A stretch of 62,055 nucleotides of DNA, counting the filler, from Candidatus Hydrogenedentota bacterium (GTDB lineage: Bacteria; JBFMHD01), in NCBI GenBank assembly GCA_040752395.1. It is 6 parts of 6 records of this genome, joined end to end, with 100 filler letters (N's around TTAATTAATTAA, not from the genome) between each part and the next. Parts side by side here need not be neighbours in the genome. Positions count along the whole stretch, not along the records: positions 40,082 to 62,055 come from JBFMHD010000013.1; 5 more parts are not named here. One strand, 5' to 3'. The notes below the pieces were generated by a model, which saw only the letters and a list, made by a program, of their open reading frames with translations, did not search any database and was not told the origin of the DNA. This document shows positions 40,310 through 50,614 of this stretch, in pieces. The position numbers and the translations under genes were made by a program. How positions within the stretch are numbered: the stretch's first letter is position 1; each line of letters begins with the position of its first letter.

Positions 40310-41839
40310 ATGAAAATAGTAAATCAAGAACAGATGAAAGAGATTGATAGAAAAACCATAGAAGAGATTAAGATACCCTCTCTTATCTTAATGGAGAATG
40401 CTGCAAATAATACTGTTCTTGCTGCTGAAGAAATGCTTGGAAATCTTAATAGAAAAAAAATAGGTATTTTTTGCGGCACTGGGAATAACGGCGGAGATGG
40501 TATGGCTGTTAGTAGAATCCTTTTAACAAGAAAAGCTGAGCCCTATATCTATATAATTGGTGATATTGATAAAATAACAGATGATGCTAAAATCCAGTTT
40601 GAAATAATTAAAAATTTAGAAATCCCTTTTGTAAATATCAAAGACAAAGCAGATCTAATAAAATCAAAAAATAACTGGGATTTGGTTATTGACGCGATAC
40701 TCGGCACAGGAAGTAAAGGCGAGTTGAGGGGGATATACAGGGATACAGTAATATGGCTAAATTCTTTAAATAAACCGATACTTTCCATTGATATCCCGAC
40801 AGGTGTTGAACCTGATACTGGTAAAGTTTATACTGATGCTATTCGTGCTACACGAACAATAACTTTTGGGCTGCCAAAAATAGGCAATGTATTTTATCCA
40901 GGAACAGTCTTTACAGGTGCGCTTAATGTTGTTGATATTGGTTTTCCTTCCAAGTTTTTACAGGATGAAAATATTAAACTTAATCTTTTATTATTAGAGG
41001 AGGTAAGAAATCTATTACCATCATATCCTGAAAATATTTCAAAAGATAATCGAGGTCGCACCTTGATTATTGGTGGTGGCCAAGGTATGGCAGGCGCTGT
41101 GGTTCTTGCAGCACAAGCAGCTTTAAAAATAGGTGCAGGTGTTGTATATACCTATACCGGAAAAGGATCGCATAAAATAGTTGCTAATAATTCTATCGAG
41201 AGTGTTAATTTTGAATGTGAAGAAGATTATTTAACAAATAAGGATGTGGAAAAGATTAAGGGAATAGCTGTACGATGTAAATCAGTTGCCATAGGACCCG
41301 GGCTCTCGCTTGAACCACAGACAAAGAATGCTTTTTTTAGAATACTTAAAGAGGTTAAAACAAAATTTGTTATAGATGCTGATGGGATTAATATTTTGAA
41401 AGATAATATTGAGATTTTAAATGAGATACCCTATTCTATTTTAACGCCACATTTAAAAGAATTTGCGCGATTGACTGATATAAACGAAAAAGAGATATTA
41501 ACCAATGCTCTTTCTATCGGTGAAGAGTTTGCTAAAAAGTGGAATATTATACTTCTTTTAAAAGGATTCAGGTCTATTATATTTTTACCTGATACTCAGA
41601 AGTTTATTTTACCTGTGGGAAACATCTCTCTTGCAACAGCAGGCAGTGGGGATGTATTGACTGGTATTATCTGCGGGTTACTTGCTATGACAGAAAACCC
41701 GATGAAATCAGCTCTTGCAGGTTCTTTTATTCATGGTTTTATCGGTGATATGTTAAAAGCAGAGATCGGAGATACAGGTGCAACAAGTATTGACATTTTA
41801 AAGAACATCCCGCTTGCCATAAAGAAGATAAAAGTATGA
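40310..41839 (+). CDS. nnr: Bifunctional NAD(P)H-hydrate epimerase/dehydratase
   Basis: LMENA, GNNGGDG, DIPTG, IGPG, DADG, TPH..E, ATAGSGDVL. Confidence 0.92.
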   Translation: MKIVNQEQMKEIDRKTIEEIKIPSLILMENAANNTVLAAEEMLGNLNRKKIGIFCGTGNNGGDGMAVSRILLTRKAEPYIYIIGDIDKITDDAKIQFEIIKNLEIPFVNIKDKADLIKSKNNWDLVIDAILGTGSKGELRGIYRDTVIWLNSLNKPILSIDIPTGVEPDTGKVYTDAIRATRTITFGLPKIGNVFYPGTVFTGALNVVDIGFPSKFLQDENIKLNLLLLEEVRNLLPSYPENISKDNRGRTLIIGGGQGMAGAVVLAAQAALKIGAGVVYTYTGKGSHKIVANNSIESVNFECEEDYLTNKDVEKIKGIAVRCKSVAIGPGLSLEPQTKNAFFRILKEVKTKFVIDADGINILKDNIEILNEIPYSILTPHLKEFARLTDINEKEILTNALSIGEEFAKKWNIILLLKGFRSIIFLPDTQKFILPVGNISLATAGSGDVLTGIICGLLAMTENPMKSALAGSFIHGFIGDMLKAEIGDTGATSIDILKNIPLAIKKIKV

Positions 41840-42777
41840 AGAATATAACAACCGAGCTTATTAAAGAGATTAAATACTGGAAAGATAAGAGGAATGCGGT
41901 TATTCTCGCACACAATTATCAGCGACAGGAGGTTCAGGAGATATCTGATTTCTGTGGTGATTCCTTGGCGCTCGCATTTAAAGCAAGAGAAGCAGATAAA
42001 GGTGTAATTGTTTTATGCGGCGTACATTTTATGGCTGAAGCCGCAGCTATATTAAATCCTGACAAAACCGTACTATTACCTGAACTTGAAGCAGGCTGCC
42101 CGCTTGCTAATATGGCTCCTGTTGAGAAAGTAAAAGAATGGAAAAAAAGATATCCTGATGCAAAAATGATCGCGTACATAAATACGCTGGCAGATGTTAA
42201 AGCGTTATCTGATATTGTATGCACATCATCTAATGCGTGTAAAATAGTTAATTCTTTAGGAAGAGATGAGCAGATATTATTTGTTCCTGATAAAAATCTC
42301 GGCCATTGGGTCTCAAAACAGACCGGTAGAGATTTGATTTTATATAATGGTTATTGCATAACACATTATTTTTTAACCCGTGAGGAAGTATCTATCACAA
42401 AAAATAGATACAAAAAGGCAAAATTTGTAGCACATCCAGAATGCAGACCCGAAGTTCTTGAACTTGCAGATTATGTCGGAAGTACAAGCCAGATTATTGA
42501 ATATTGTACAAAAACAGATTTTAAAGAATATATAATAGGTACTGAGGAAGGGGTAGTAAACACTTTAATAAAGTGGAATCCAGAAAAGCGGTTTTATTTA
42601 GGTTCAAAATTTTTAGTCTGTCTTAATATGAAAATAATAACGTTAAAGAGTATCCTTGATAGTTTAATAGAGATGAGATACAGGATTACAGTTGAAAAAA
42701 ATATAGAAGAAAAGTCAAAGCGTGCTTTAGATAAAATGTTAGAGATAAGCAAAGCCGTTCCTCAACCTCAACCTTAA
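41836..42777 (+). CDS. nadA: Quinolinate synthase
   Basis: AHNYQ, CGVHFMAE, AGCPLA, CTSSN, AHPEC, C.NMK. Confidence 0.95.
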   Translation: MKNITTELIKEIKYWKDKRNAVILAHNYQRQEVQEISDFCGDSLALAFKAREADKGVIVLCGVHFMAEAAAILNPDKTVLLPELEAGCPLANMAPVEKVKEWKKRYPDAKMIAYINTLADVKALSDIVCTSSNACKIVNSLGRDEQILFVPDKNLGHWVSKQTGRDLILYNGYCITHYFLTREEVSITKNRYKKAKFVAHPECRPEVLELADYVGSTSQIIEYCTKTDFKEYIIGTEEGVVNTLIKWNPEKRFYLGSKFLVCLNMKIITLKSILDSLIEMRYRITVEKNIEEKSKRALDKMLEISKAVPQPQP

Positions 42778-42887
42778 CCTTTACCTTTTCTTTCTTTTCC
42801 GTTATCTTGCTTCTTGCTTCTTGCTTCTTTCGTTATCTTTCTTTTCCGTTATCTTGCTTCTTGCTTCTTGCTTCTTTCGTTATCTTA
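42762..42887 (+). repeat. CCTCAA/CCTTAA array and duplicated F module between nadA and nadB
   Basis: TTCCGTTATCTTGCTTCTTGCTTCTTGCTTCTTTCGTTATCTT present twice. Confidence 0.88.
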
Positions 42888-42913
42888 TATAGGATGTGGA
42901 CAGGAATACTATT

Positions 42914-44530
42914 ATGAGGATAGAAGAGTTAAGAGTAGATTATTTAGTGCTCGGGAGCGGTATAGCCGGATTAACATTCGCTTTAAAGGTTGCTTCTAAA
43001 GGGAGATGCCTTATAGTAACCAAGAAAGAGGATAAAGAAGCTAATACAAACTATGCACAGGGCGGTATAGCCTGTGTGATAGATCCTGAGGATACTTTTG
43101 CAAGTCATATAGGGGATACTATGAAAGCAGGTGGTGGTTTGTGTAAACGCGAGGCTGTTGAAATACTTGTTAAAGAGGGGCCAGAGAGAGTTAAAGAGCT
43201 GGTAGATATGGGTGCAGAATTTGAAACATATAAAGATAGAGATGGTAGAAAGTTATTACGATTAAGTCGAGAAGGTGGCCACTCGGCACGTAGAATAGTT
43301 TTCTCTAAAGATACAACAGGCCAGGAAATAGAACGGATACTTTTGGAAGAAATTTATGATAAAAATGTCGAGATACTTGAGAATCATCCTGTAATAAAAT
43401 TAATCTCTGATAGGAACCAGATTTATGGTGCCTGGCTATTTAACAAACGTCAGGGCAAACTGTTAAAAGTCATATCAGGGTGTATAATGCTTGCAACTGG
43501 TGGTGCAGGCAGATTGTTTCTATATACTACAAACCCTGCGGTTGCAACAGGTGAGGGTTTGATTTTAGCATATAAAGCAGGTGCTATACTTAAAAATCTT
43601 GAGTTCATACAGTTTCATCCCACAGCATTGTATCGATCCGAGTCTAAATTTACAGATGAGCGAGTTTTTCTTATTACTGAAGCTGTAAGGGGTGAGGGTG
43701 GAATATTAAAAAATTCTAAAAACCAGACATTTATGGATTTTCATCCGTTAAAAAATCTTGCACCCAGAGATATTGTCGCAAGAGAGATTGATAAACAGAT
43801 TAAAGAAACAGGTCATCCCTGCGTATATCTTGATATCTCGCATCTTGATAAAAGATTTATTATAGAAAGATTCCCTAATATTTATAAAACCTGTCTTGAA
43901 ATAGGGATTGATATAACAAAAGAAGCAATCCCTGTTATACCAGCAGCTCATTATTTCTGTGGTGGTGTAGAGACAGATTTATGGGGTCGAACCAATATAA
44001 GAGGGTTATATGCCTCAGGTGAGGTTGCTTATACGGGTGTCCATGGCGCTAACCGTCTTGCAAGCAATTCTCTCTTAGAAGCCCTGGTATTCAGTCATCG
44101 CGCAGCACTTGATGCTATTAATACCCAATTTGAAGTTAATACTAAAAGCGAAATATATAATGACATATCAGAGATACCAAAGGGTGTTCATATTTGTGGT
44201 CTGTGGTCACACTATCAAATGATCATAAAAAAAACTATGTTGGAAAACGTATCTATTGTGAGGAACGATAAAGACCTGCAGCAAGCATTAAAAAAAGTTA
44301 AAGATTTTGGCTCTTCAATAAAAGAACTATACAATAATTCATTTTTACAGGTTGATGGATTAGAGACACTTGGCATAGCTTTACTCAGTGAACTGGTCAT
44401 AAAATCTGCATTATTAAGAAAAGAGAGCAGGGGTGTACATTATAATATTGATTATCCGTCTCTTTCAAAAAAACTTTATGAAACCTGTATAGATTTAAAT
44501 CATCCTGATGGTTACATAAATGAGATTTAA
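42914..44530 (+). CDS. nadB: L-aspartate oxidase
   Basis: GSGIAGL, AQGGIA, EGGHS, QFHPT, HGANRLASNSL, ESRG.H. Confidence 0.95.
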   Translation: MRIEELRVDYLVLGSGIAGLTFALKVASKGRCLIVTKKEDKEANTNYAQGGIACVIDPEDTFASHIGDTMKAGGGLCKREAVEILVKEGPERVKELVDMGAEFETYKDRDGRKLLRLSREGGHSARRIVFSKDTTGQEIERILLEEIYDKNVEILENHPVIKLISDRNQIYGAWLFNKRQGKLLKVISGCIMLATGGAGRLFLYTTNPAVATGEGLILAYKAGAILKNLEFIQFHPTALYRSESKFTDERVFLITEAVRGEGGILKNSKNQTFMDFHPLKNLAPRDIVAREIDKQIKETGHPCVYLDISHLDKRFIIERFPNIYKTCLEIGIDITKEAIPVIPAAHYFCGGVETDLWGRTNIRGLYASGEVAYTGVHGANRLASNSLLEALVFSHRAALDAINTQFEVNTKSEIYNDISEIPKGVHICGLWSHYQMIIKKTMLENVSIVRNDKDLQQALKKVKDFGSSIKELYNNSFLQVDGLETLGIALLSELVIKSALLRKESRGVHYNIDYPSLSKKLYETCIDLNHPDGYINEI

Positions 44531-45428
44531 ATTTATTTATATTTTGCTTATCTCAACATCGAGGTTTTACCATTTTGGGAAAACCGCCTGTCTTTGGCAG
44601 TGGATTCGAGCGTTGTGGCTGTTTATATTTTTTATTTGTTATGCTAATATCTCGTTTGCAGATGGTACTTATTATGATTCTACACCTTTAACAGTTTATA
44701 CAAGACTTAAAGAGAGAAAGTATCATTCTGAGCAGGACCCGCTTTATAAAACAGCTATGGTCTGGATGCCGACAGCTTTAACCGTAGGTAGTGAGGAGAA
44801 TAAACTTGGATTTGATGTAGGTGGTCAGTATTTATGGGGTAATTTAATAAAAAAGACCAGGTTCGGGAGAGATGATCTAACACCGCTTGATATCTGGTAT
44901 ATTTTTGCTGATGCTAAATACAGTTTTTTCCCTGAGGGAGAGCATAATCCTATGCTTGCTTGCGGATATACTGTAGGATATTCTATTGGCAAGGTAAAGC
45001 CCACGCTTATTGAAGCATTACAGAAGCCTGATGTTGATGGTGAGGTTTTAACCAATACTTATATTGTATTTACAAAACGCTGGGATGAGAAACGGACTTT
45101 TGGTACACATCTTGGTTATAATCACGGCGATATGAACAGGTTAATAGCTGCTTTAAATGAAGACATTTATATTGATGAAGGTGGTGCGATATTTTTGGGG
45201 GTGACAAAGCAATTTAAAAAAGGAAGACAGCTAAAATTTGAGTGGATCATACCTGTGGGTGAGGATGAAACGCCCATAGTTATGAACACATTTTTAAGTG
45301 GTCTCTTTGGGTTCAGGCTTTCTTTTTTGAAATATGATACAGGTTATGCGATAGCAGCAGGAGGCGGATTTCGGTTACCTTTCTGGCCAAGAATCTCAGC
45401 TGGGTGGGGAACACCAGAAACAAAATGA
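44520..45428 (+). CDS. Hypothetical exported protein, possibly an outer-membrane beta-barrel
   Basis: Signal-like segment ending ISFA, alternating aromatic/Gly beta-strand pattern; start uncertain. Confidence 0.55.
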   Translation: MRFKFIYILLISTSRFYHFGKTACLWQWIRALWLFIFFICYANISFADGTYYDSTPLTVYTRLKERKYHSEQDPLYKTAMVWMPTALTVGSEENKLGFDVGGQYLWGNLIKKTRFGRDDLTPLDIWYIFADAKYSFFPEGEHNPMLACGYTVGYSIGKVKPTLIEALQKPDVDGEVLTNTYIVFTKRWDEKRTFGTHLGYNHGDMNRLIAALNEDIYIDEGGAIFLGVTKQFKKGRQLKFEWIIPVGEDETPIVMNTFLSGLFGFRLSFLKYDTGYAIAAGGGFRLPFWPRISAGWGTPETK

Positions 45429-48241
45429 GATTTATAAAAATTACTGGTGCAAGAGAGCATAATTTAAAAAATATTAATCTGACGTTACCACGGGATAAAT
45501 TTATTGTTATCACAGGTTTATCAGGCAGCGGAAAATCAAGCCTTGCTTTTGATACAATCTATGCAGAGGGTCAGAGAAGATATGTAGAATCTTTATCTAC
45601 GTATGCCCGGCAGTTTATTGGAATAATGGAAAAGCCTGATGTAGATTTAATTGAGGGTCTATCTCCTGCGATAAGCATAGAACAGAAAACTACAAGTAAG
45701 AATCCGCGTTCCACCGTCGGCACAATAACAGAGATTTATGATTACTTAAGACTACTTTATGCGAGAACAGGCACACCATACTGCTATAAATGTGGGCGTG
45801 AGATAAAACGGCAGAGTGCTACACAGATTATAGATGCTGTTTTTAAACTGCCGGAAAACTCTTTAATAATGATATTATCTCCTGTTGTCCGTGGCAAGAA
45901 GGGTGAACATAGAAAAATTATAGAGAAACTTTTAAAAGATGGTTTTGTAAAAGTAAGAATTGATCAAGAAATAAAACGCATCGATGAAGAACCAGTGCAA
46001 CTTGATAAAAATAAACCCCATACAATCGAGGTAGTTATCGATAGAATAAAACTTAAACACGCTGATAATACTCGTAAAAGGTTAGCTGATTCGATTGAGA
46101 CCGGATTACGATATGGTGATGGGTTAATCATTATTGAGAGTGATGGAAAGTCCGAAGTTTATAGTGAGAAGCTTGCATGCACCGAATGTGGCATCAGTAT
46201 CGAAGAAATGTCGCCAAGAATGTTCTCATTTAATAGTCCGTACGGTGCCTGCCCATCGTGTACAGGACTTGGTACCAAACTTGAGGTTGATACAACAAAA
46301 TTTCTAAGAGACCCGCGTAGAACAATAGCAAATGGCGCTCTCATTGATACGATGGGGATAGATTCATTTGTAAGATATTATGTCTATTCGCTTAGCCGAA
46401 TTATCGGTTTCAGTCTTGATATCCCATTTATGCATTTACAGGAAGATATAAAAAAATTAATATTTTATGGCTGTAATAAAGGACCGATAAGAATAAACCG
46501 GGGAAAAGAAATAACAGAATACTATATACCTTTTGATTATGAGGGTCTTGTAGGACTTATTGAACGCAGATATAGATACTCTGAATCAGAATATGCCAGG
46601 GATAGATATCTTGAGACGTTTATGCGTGTGAAGTTGTGTAAGGAGTGCGCCGGGAAAAGACTAAGAAAAGAGAGTCTCGCTGTTAAATTAAATAATAAAT
46701 CTATAATAGATATATCAGATATGACGGTTATAGAATTAAAGGAATTTTTTGGAACCATAGAGTTTGATAACTCAAAAAAAATTATCGCAAAACCGATACT
46801 AAAAGAGATAAACGAGAGATTACAATTTTTGATGAATGTCGGACTTGATTATCTGACATTATCAAGGACCGCTTCAACTCTTTCAGGTGGTGAATCCCAG
46901 CGTATTCGGCTTGCTACACAAATCGGCTCAGCTCTTATGGGCGTTTTATACATACTTGATGAGCCAACCATAGGTTTACATCCAAGAGATACAAAAAAAC
47001 TGCTCGATACTTTAATGAGATTACGAGATTTAGGTAACACCCTGATAATTATTGAGCATGATAAAGACACTATCGAGGCCGCAGATTTTGTTGTGGATTT
47101 AGGGCCCGGAGCAGGTATCTCGGGAGGTGAAGTGGTATATGCAGGCAATGTTTCGGCACTTAAAACTTGTGAAAAATCTTTAACAGGTCAATATCTTTCG
47201 GGCATTAAAAAAATCGAGGTTCCGGAAATAAGACGGAAATTTCAGGGGATGACGGTTAATCTTTATGGCGCTAGAACAAATAATTTAAAAAACATAACTG
47301 TTGAGTTCCCACTGGGTCTGTTTATTTGTATAACAGGGGTTTCAGGTTCGGGTAAAAGTTCTTTGATTAATGATACGCTTTACCCTGCTTTGATTAATAA
47401 ATTGAATGGGAATAAACAGAAGAGCGAATTGTATGATGATGTTACAGGTATAGAGTATATTGACAAAATTATTAATATCGATCAATCGCCGATAGGAAGG
47501 ACTCCTCGCTCGAATCCAGCTACATATACTAAAGTTTTTAACTATATCCGTGAATTGTTTTCGCGACTGCCTGATTCCAGAGCACGCGGGTATCAGCCCG
47601 GAAGATTCAGTTTCAATGTTAAAGGTGGTAGATGTGAAGCCTGTGCCGGTGACGGCATAATAAAGATTGAGATGCATTTTTTACCAGATGTATACATCCC
47701 CTGTGAAGTCTGCAGGAGTAAACGCTACAACCTGGAAACACTTGAGATAAGATACAGAGATAAAAATATTTATGATATCCTTCAAATGACAGTAGATGAA
47801 GCATTAGAATTTTTTAAAAACATACCACAGATAAAAAATAAAATGAAAACTCTCTCAGAGGTTGGACTTGGATATATAACACTCGGACATCCTGCCCCTG
47901 CACTCTCCGGTGGTGAGGCACAACGTGTAAAATTAGCAGCTGAGCTTTCTAAAAGACCCACAGGAAAAACAATCTATCTACTCGACGAACCTACTACTGG
48001 TTTACATTTTGATGATGTAAAGAATCTTTTAAGGGTGTTACATAAATTAGTTGATTATGGCAGCACAGTTATTGTTATAGAACACAATCTTGAGGTAATA
48101 AAAACAGCTGACTGGCTTATAGATCTGGGGCCTGGTGGCGGTGTAAATGGTGGCAGAGTCATTGCCGCGGGTCCACCCGAAATCGTTGCCTGTAATTTAG
48201 CATCAGAGACAGGTAAATTCCTGAAAAAAAGTCTTGTGTAA
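45425..48241 (+). CDS. uvrA: Excinuclease ABC subunit A
   Basis: GAREHNLKN, two Walker A motifs, LSGGE, zinc fingers; ATG overlaps the upstream stop. Confidence 0.98.
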   Translation: MRFIKITGAREHNLKNINLTLPRDKFIVITGLSGSGKSSLAFDTIYAEGQRRYVESLSTYARQFIGIMEKPDVDLIEGLSPAISIEQKTTSKNPRSTVGTITEIYDYLRLLYARTGTPYCYKCGREIKRQSATQIIDAVFKLPENSLIMILSPVVRGKKGEHRKIIEKLLKDGFVKVRIDQEIKRIDEEPVQLDKNKPHTIEVVIDRIKLKHADNTRKRLADSIETGLRYGDGLIIIESDGKSEVYSEKLACTECGISIEEMSPRMFSFNSPYGACPSCTGLGTKLEVDTTKFLRDPRRTIANGALIDTMGIDSFVRYYVYSLSRIIGFSLDIPFMHLQEDIKKLIFYGCNKGPIRINRGKEITEYYIPFDYEGLVGLIERRYRYSESEYARDRYLETFMRVKLCKECAGKRLRKESLAVKLNNKSIIDISDMTVIELKEFFGTIEFDNSKKIIAKPILKEINERLQFLMNVGLDYLTLSRTASTLSGGESQRIRLATQIGSALMGVLYILDEPTIGLHPRDTKKLLDTLMRLRDLGNTLIIIEHDKDTIEAADFVVDLGPGAGISGGEVVYAGNVSALKTCEKSLTGQYLSGIKKIEVPEIRRKFQGMTVNLYGARTNNLKNITVEFPLGLFICITGVSGSGKSSLINDTLYPALINKLNGNKQKSELYDDVTGIEYIDKIINIDQSPIGRTPRSNPATYTKVFNYIRELFSRLPDSRARGYQPGRFSFNVKGGRCEACAGDGIIKIEMHFLPDVYIPCEVCRSKRYNLETLEIRYRDKNIYDILQMTVDEALEFFKNIPQIKNKMKTLSEVGLGYITLGHPAPALSGGEAQRVKLAAELSKRPTGKTIYLLDEPTTGLHFDDVKNLLRVLHKLVDYGSTVIVIEHNLEVIKTADWLIDLGPGGGVNGGRVIAAGPPEIVACNLASETGKFLKKSLV

Positions 48242-48308
48242 CAACAGTAGACTATGGGTATCACATGTTAGACTTAAAAGAAGAAAATGGCCAGAGGCAA
48301 AATTGTAT

Positions 48309-49031
48309 ATGAATGAAAAGAAGATTAATATCAGCGTTTTTTTCCCTGCTTATAATGATGAGGGCACCATCGCAAGTCTAATAGTTAAATCTATCTTAAC
48401 TTTGAATAGTTGCGATAAAGTTGATAAATATGAGATAATTGTTGTTGATGATGCAAGCCCGGATAATTTAAACAATATTGTGGATTTCTTTTGTAAGATG
48501 TATCCTGATACCGTTCGTCTTGTAAGACACTCTGAAAACAGAGGCTATGGCGGAGCTTTGATATCAGGTTTTAAACAGGCTCGATATGACCATGTATTTT
48601 ATACAGATGGCGACGGACAATATGATGTCTGCGAAATGAAACTGCTCATTGATAAAGCTTTTGAATATGATTTAGTTAATGGTTATAAAATAAAAAGACA
48701 CGACCCGATTCATAGAATTATCATTGGCTATCTTTATAACTTATTTGTGAAAATAGTTTTTAACATAAAATTAAGAGATGTGGATTGCGATTTCAGATTA
48801 CTTAAGAAAAGTATCTTTGATAAGATAGAGTTACATTACACAAGTGGTGTTATCTGTGTTGAACTGATAAAAAAGATAGAGATGAGTGGTTTTAAGATTG
48901 CAGAAGTCCCGGTTCATCATTATTTTCGTGCACTCGGACATTCACAATTCTTTAATTTTACGAGATTATTTAAAGTATTTATAACCTTAATTAAATTATG
49001 GTTCGAAATTTTTATAGATAAAACGAGATGA
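48309..49031 (+). CDS. GT2 glycosyltransferase (ArnC/Dol-P-Man synthase-like)
   Basis: PAYND, VDDAS.D, N.GYG.A, TDGDGQY, DVDCDFR. Confidence 0.9.
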   Translation: MNEKKINISVFFPAYNDEGTIASLIVKSILTLNSCDKVDKYEIIVVDDASPDNLNNIVDFFCKMYPDTVRLVRHSENRGYGGALISGFKQARYDHVFYTDGDGQYDVCEMKLLIDKAFEYDLVNGYKIKRHDPIHRIIIGYLYNLFVKIVFNIKLRDVDCDFRLLKKSIFDKIELHYTSGVICVELIKKIEMSGFKIAEVPVHHYFRALGHSQFFNFTRLFKVFITLIKLWFEIFIDKTR

Positions 49032-50276
49032 TGAATGCTGGACTAATATCCCATAGAGTAAGATTATCCCGTATAATTTTGAACCATAAATTAAAGATAA
49101 TGGACCATACATAATTATATCTATACCTTGACCCGTATATTCCATCCCGAGAAGCATAAGTGAAATGACATAAAATACAGCTAAATATTTTGAGCGTTTC
49201 TCTAAGATATACGGCAATAAAACAAGATAGGGGATTAATAAAAAGAGGAAGTGTAACTCAGTAACAAAATGCGAGATAAGAAGCATACCTGTTATAGTCA
49301 AACCAAATTCTAATTTTATATCCTGCTCTTTTCTTTTAATACAAATAAAAGCAATTATAAAAACAATAAAAGCAGAGAATAAGGTCTGAATTACTCCGAG
49401 CATTCTTTGTGTTGTTTGGAGAATGACATTCGGGAACGGCCTATCAGAGACGAGCCTTGCTATGAAACTACCAAACGAATGATTCCCCCACCAGGAAGAA
49501 AACCCAAAGCTCCCAATGTGATTATATAACATTTTGAATTGATTTACGATAGTTTCAGACGGCAGATATAAAAGTGGTAATAAAATTAATATTATAATCG
49601 TAACAAAACTTGTTATAACTATTAAAAATCGTCTTCTTAGAATAAAATATACAATGAATATTAAAGGCGTTAACAGAAATAAAAAATTTATACCCAAAAA
49701 TATGCCGGCTAAAATATCCCTTTTATAATATGCAAAATACAGGATCGCTATAAAACAGAGCAGGATAATAGTATCAAAATGGCCGAGCTCGAATACCCTG
49801 AGTATGGAGTTATAATTTGTGAAAATGAGGATAGCTATTGTTAAAGCGATAGGATCTTTTAAGTTTAAAAAATTGATTAACCATATAGCAGATACAAAAA
49901 TAAGTATCAGCTGAATGCATAACCATAAAGTTGAGCCTATTTTATAAGGAAGAAAAGTCAGCGGAATCATAATACTATATAGCACAGGAAACTTATGAAG
50001 AAAGAAACCCTCGTCTTTATATGGTGGCCGGGTAATATATGAAGCATCCCCGAGAAATAACTTTTGTTTATCATTGTCAGTATAATCAATGCCTTTACGA
50101 ATAAGATAAGCAGGGAATAAAAGCTGCTGAAAATCAAAATATTCATAAGCTCGAAGCCCGGCAATCCCAATCTGTGCAGTTCTGTAAAAGAATTTAAAAA
50201 ACGCAAAACATAAAAGAATAATGATTAAAAATTTTAATGCAAAATCTTTTTTATTATAAGTATCAATATTATCCAT
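48996..50276 (-). CDS. Multi-TM GT-C fold glycosyltransferase (GT87/DUF2029-like)
   Basis: DF near the N-terminus, about 10 TM segments, G..D, AG..LG, N.S and H.L motifs. Confidence 0.65.
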   Translation of the reverse strand: MDNIDTYNKKDFALKFLIIILLCFAFFKFFYRTAQIGIAGLRAYEYFDFQQLLFPAYLIRKGIDYTDNDKQKLFLGDASYITRPPYKDEGFFLHKFPVLYSIMIPLTFLPYKIGSTLWLCIQLILIFVSAIWLINFLNLKDPIALTIAILIFTNYNSILRVFELGHFDTIILLCFIAILYFAYYKRDILAGIFLGINFLFLLTPLIFIVYFILRRRFLIVITSFVTIIILILLPLLYLPSETIVNQFKMLYNHIGSFGFSSWWGNHSFGSFIARLVSDRPFPNVILQTTQRMLGVIQTLFSAFIVFIIAFICIKRKEQDIKLEFGLTITGMLLISHFVTELHFLFLLIPYLVLLPYILEKRSKYLAVFYVISLMLLGMEYTGQGIDIIMYGPLSLIYGSKLYGIILLYGILVQHSSSRFIYKNFEP

Positions 50277-50600
50277 TTGTATCCTCCCTCGAAAAACATT
50301 GTAACTCTAATAATATCAAGTAGAAGCAAGAGGCAAGAGGCAAGAAGCAAGATAACGGAAGAAGTGAGAGGTGTCAGGACAGGCTACAGACTACAGCCAG
50401 CTGGAGCCAAAAGCCCAAAGCCTGCTGAAAAGTCTTGAGTCTCGAGTCCTGTTTTGACTCACGACTTGCGACTTGTGACTCTTTTCATATCATCTTTAGT
50501 TTTTCATCCTTTGTGTAGAGCGCAAAAACACAATAACGCAATAACGCAATAACCCAATAACCCAATAGTGTAGAGCACAATCCGCGCTCATGACAACTCA
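50277..50600 (-). repeat. Most complete mosaic cassette A1-octamers-A2-B-C-D-F-E
   Basis: All main modules in order; ends TTTTTCGAGGGAGG-atacaa-ATG. Confidence 0.95.
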
Positions 50601-50614
50601 TTTATAAAATATAA

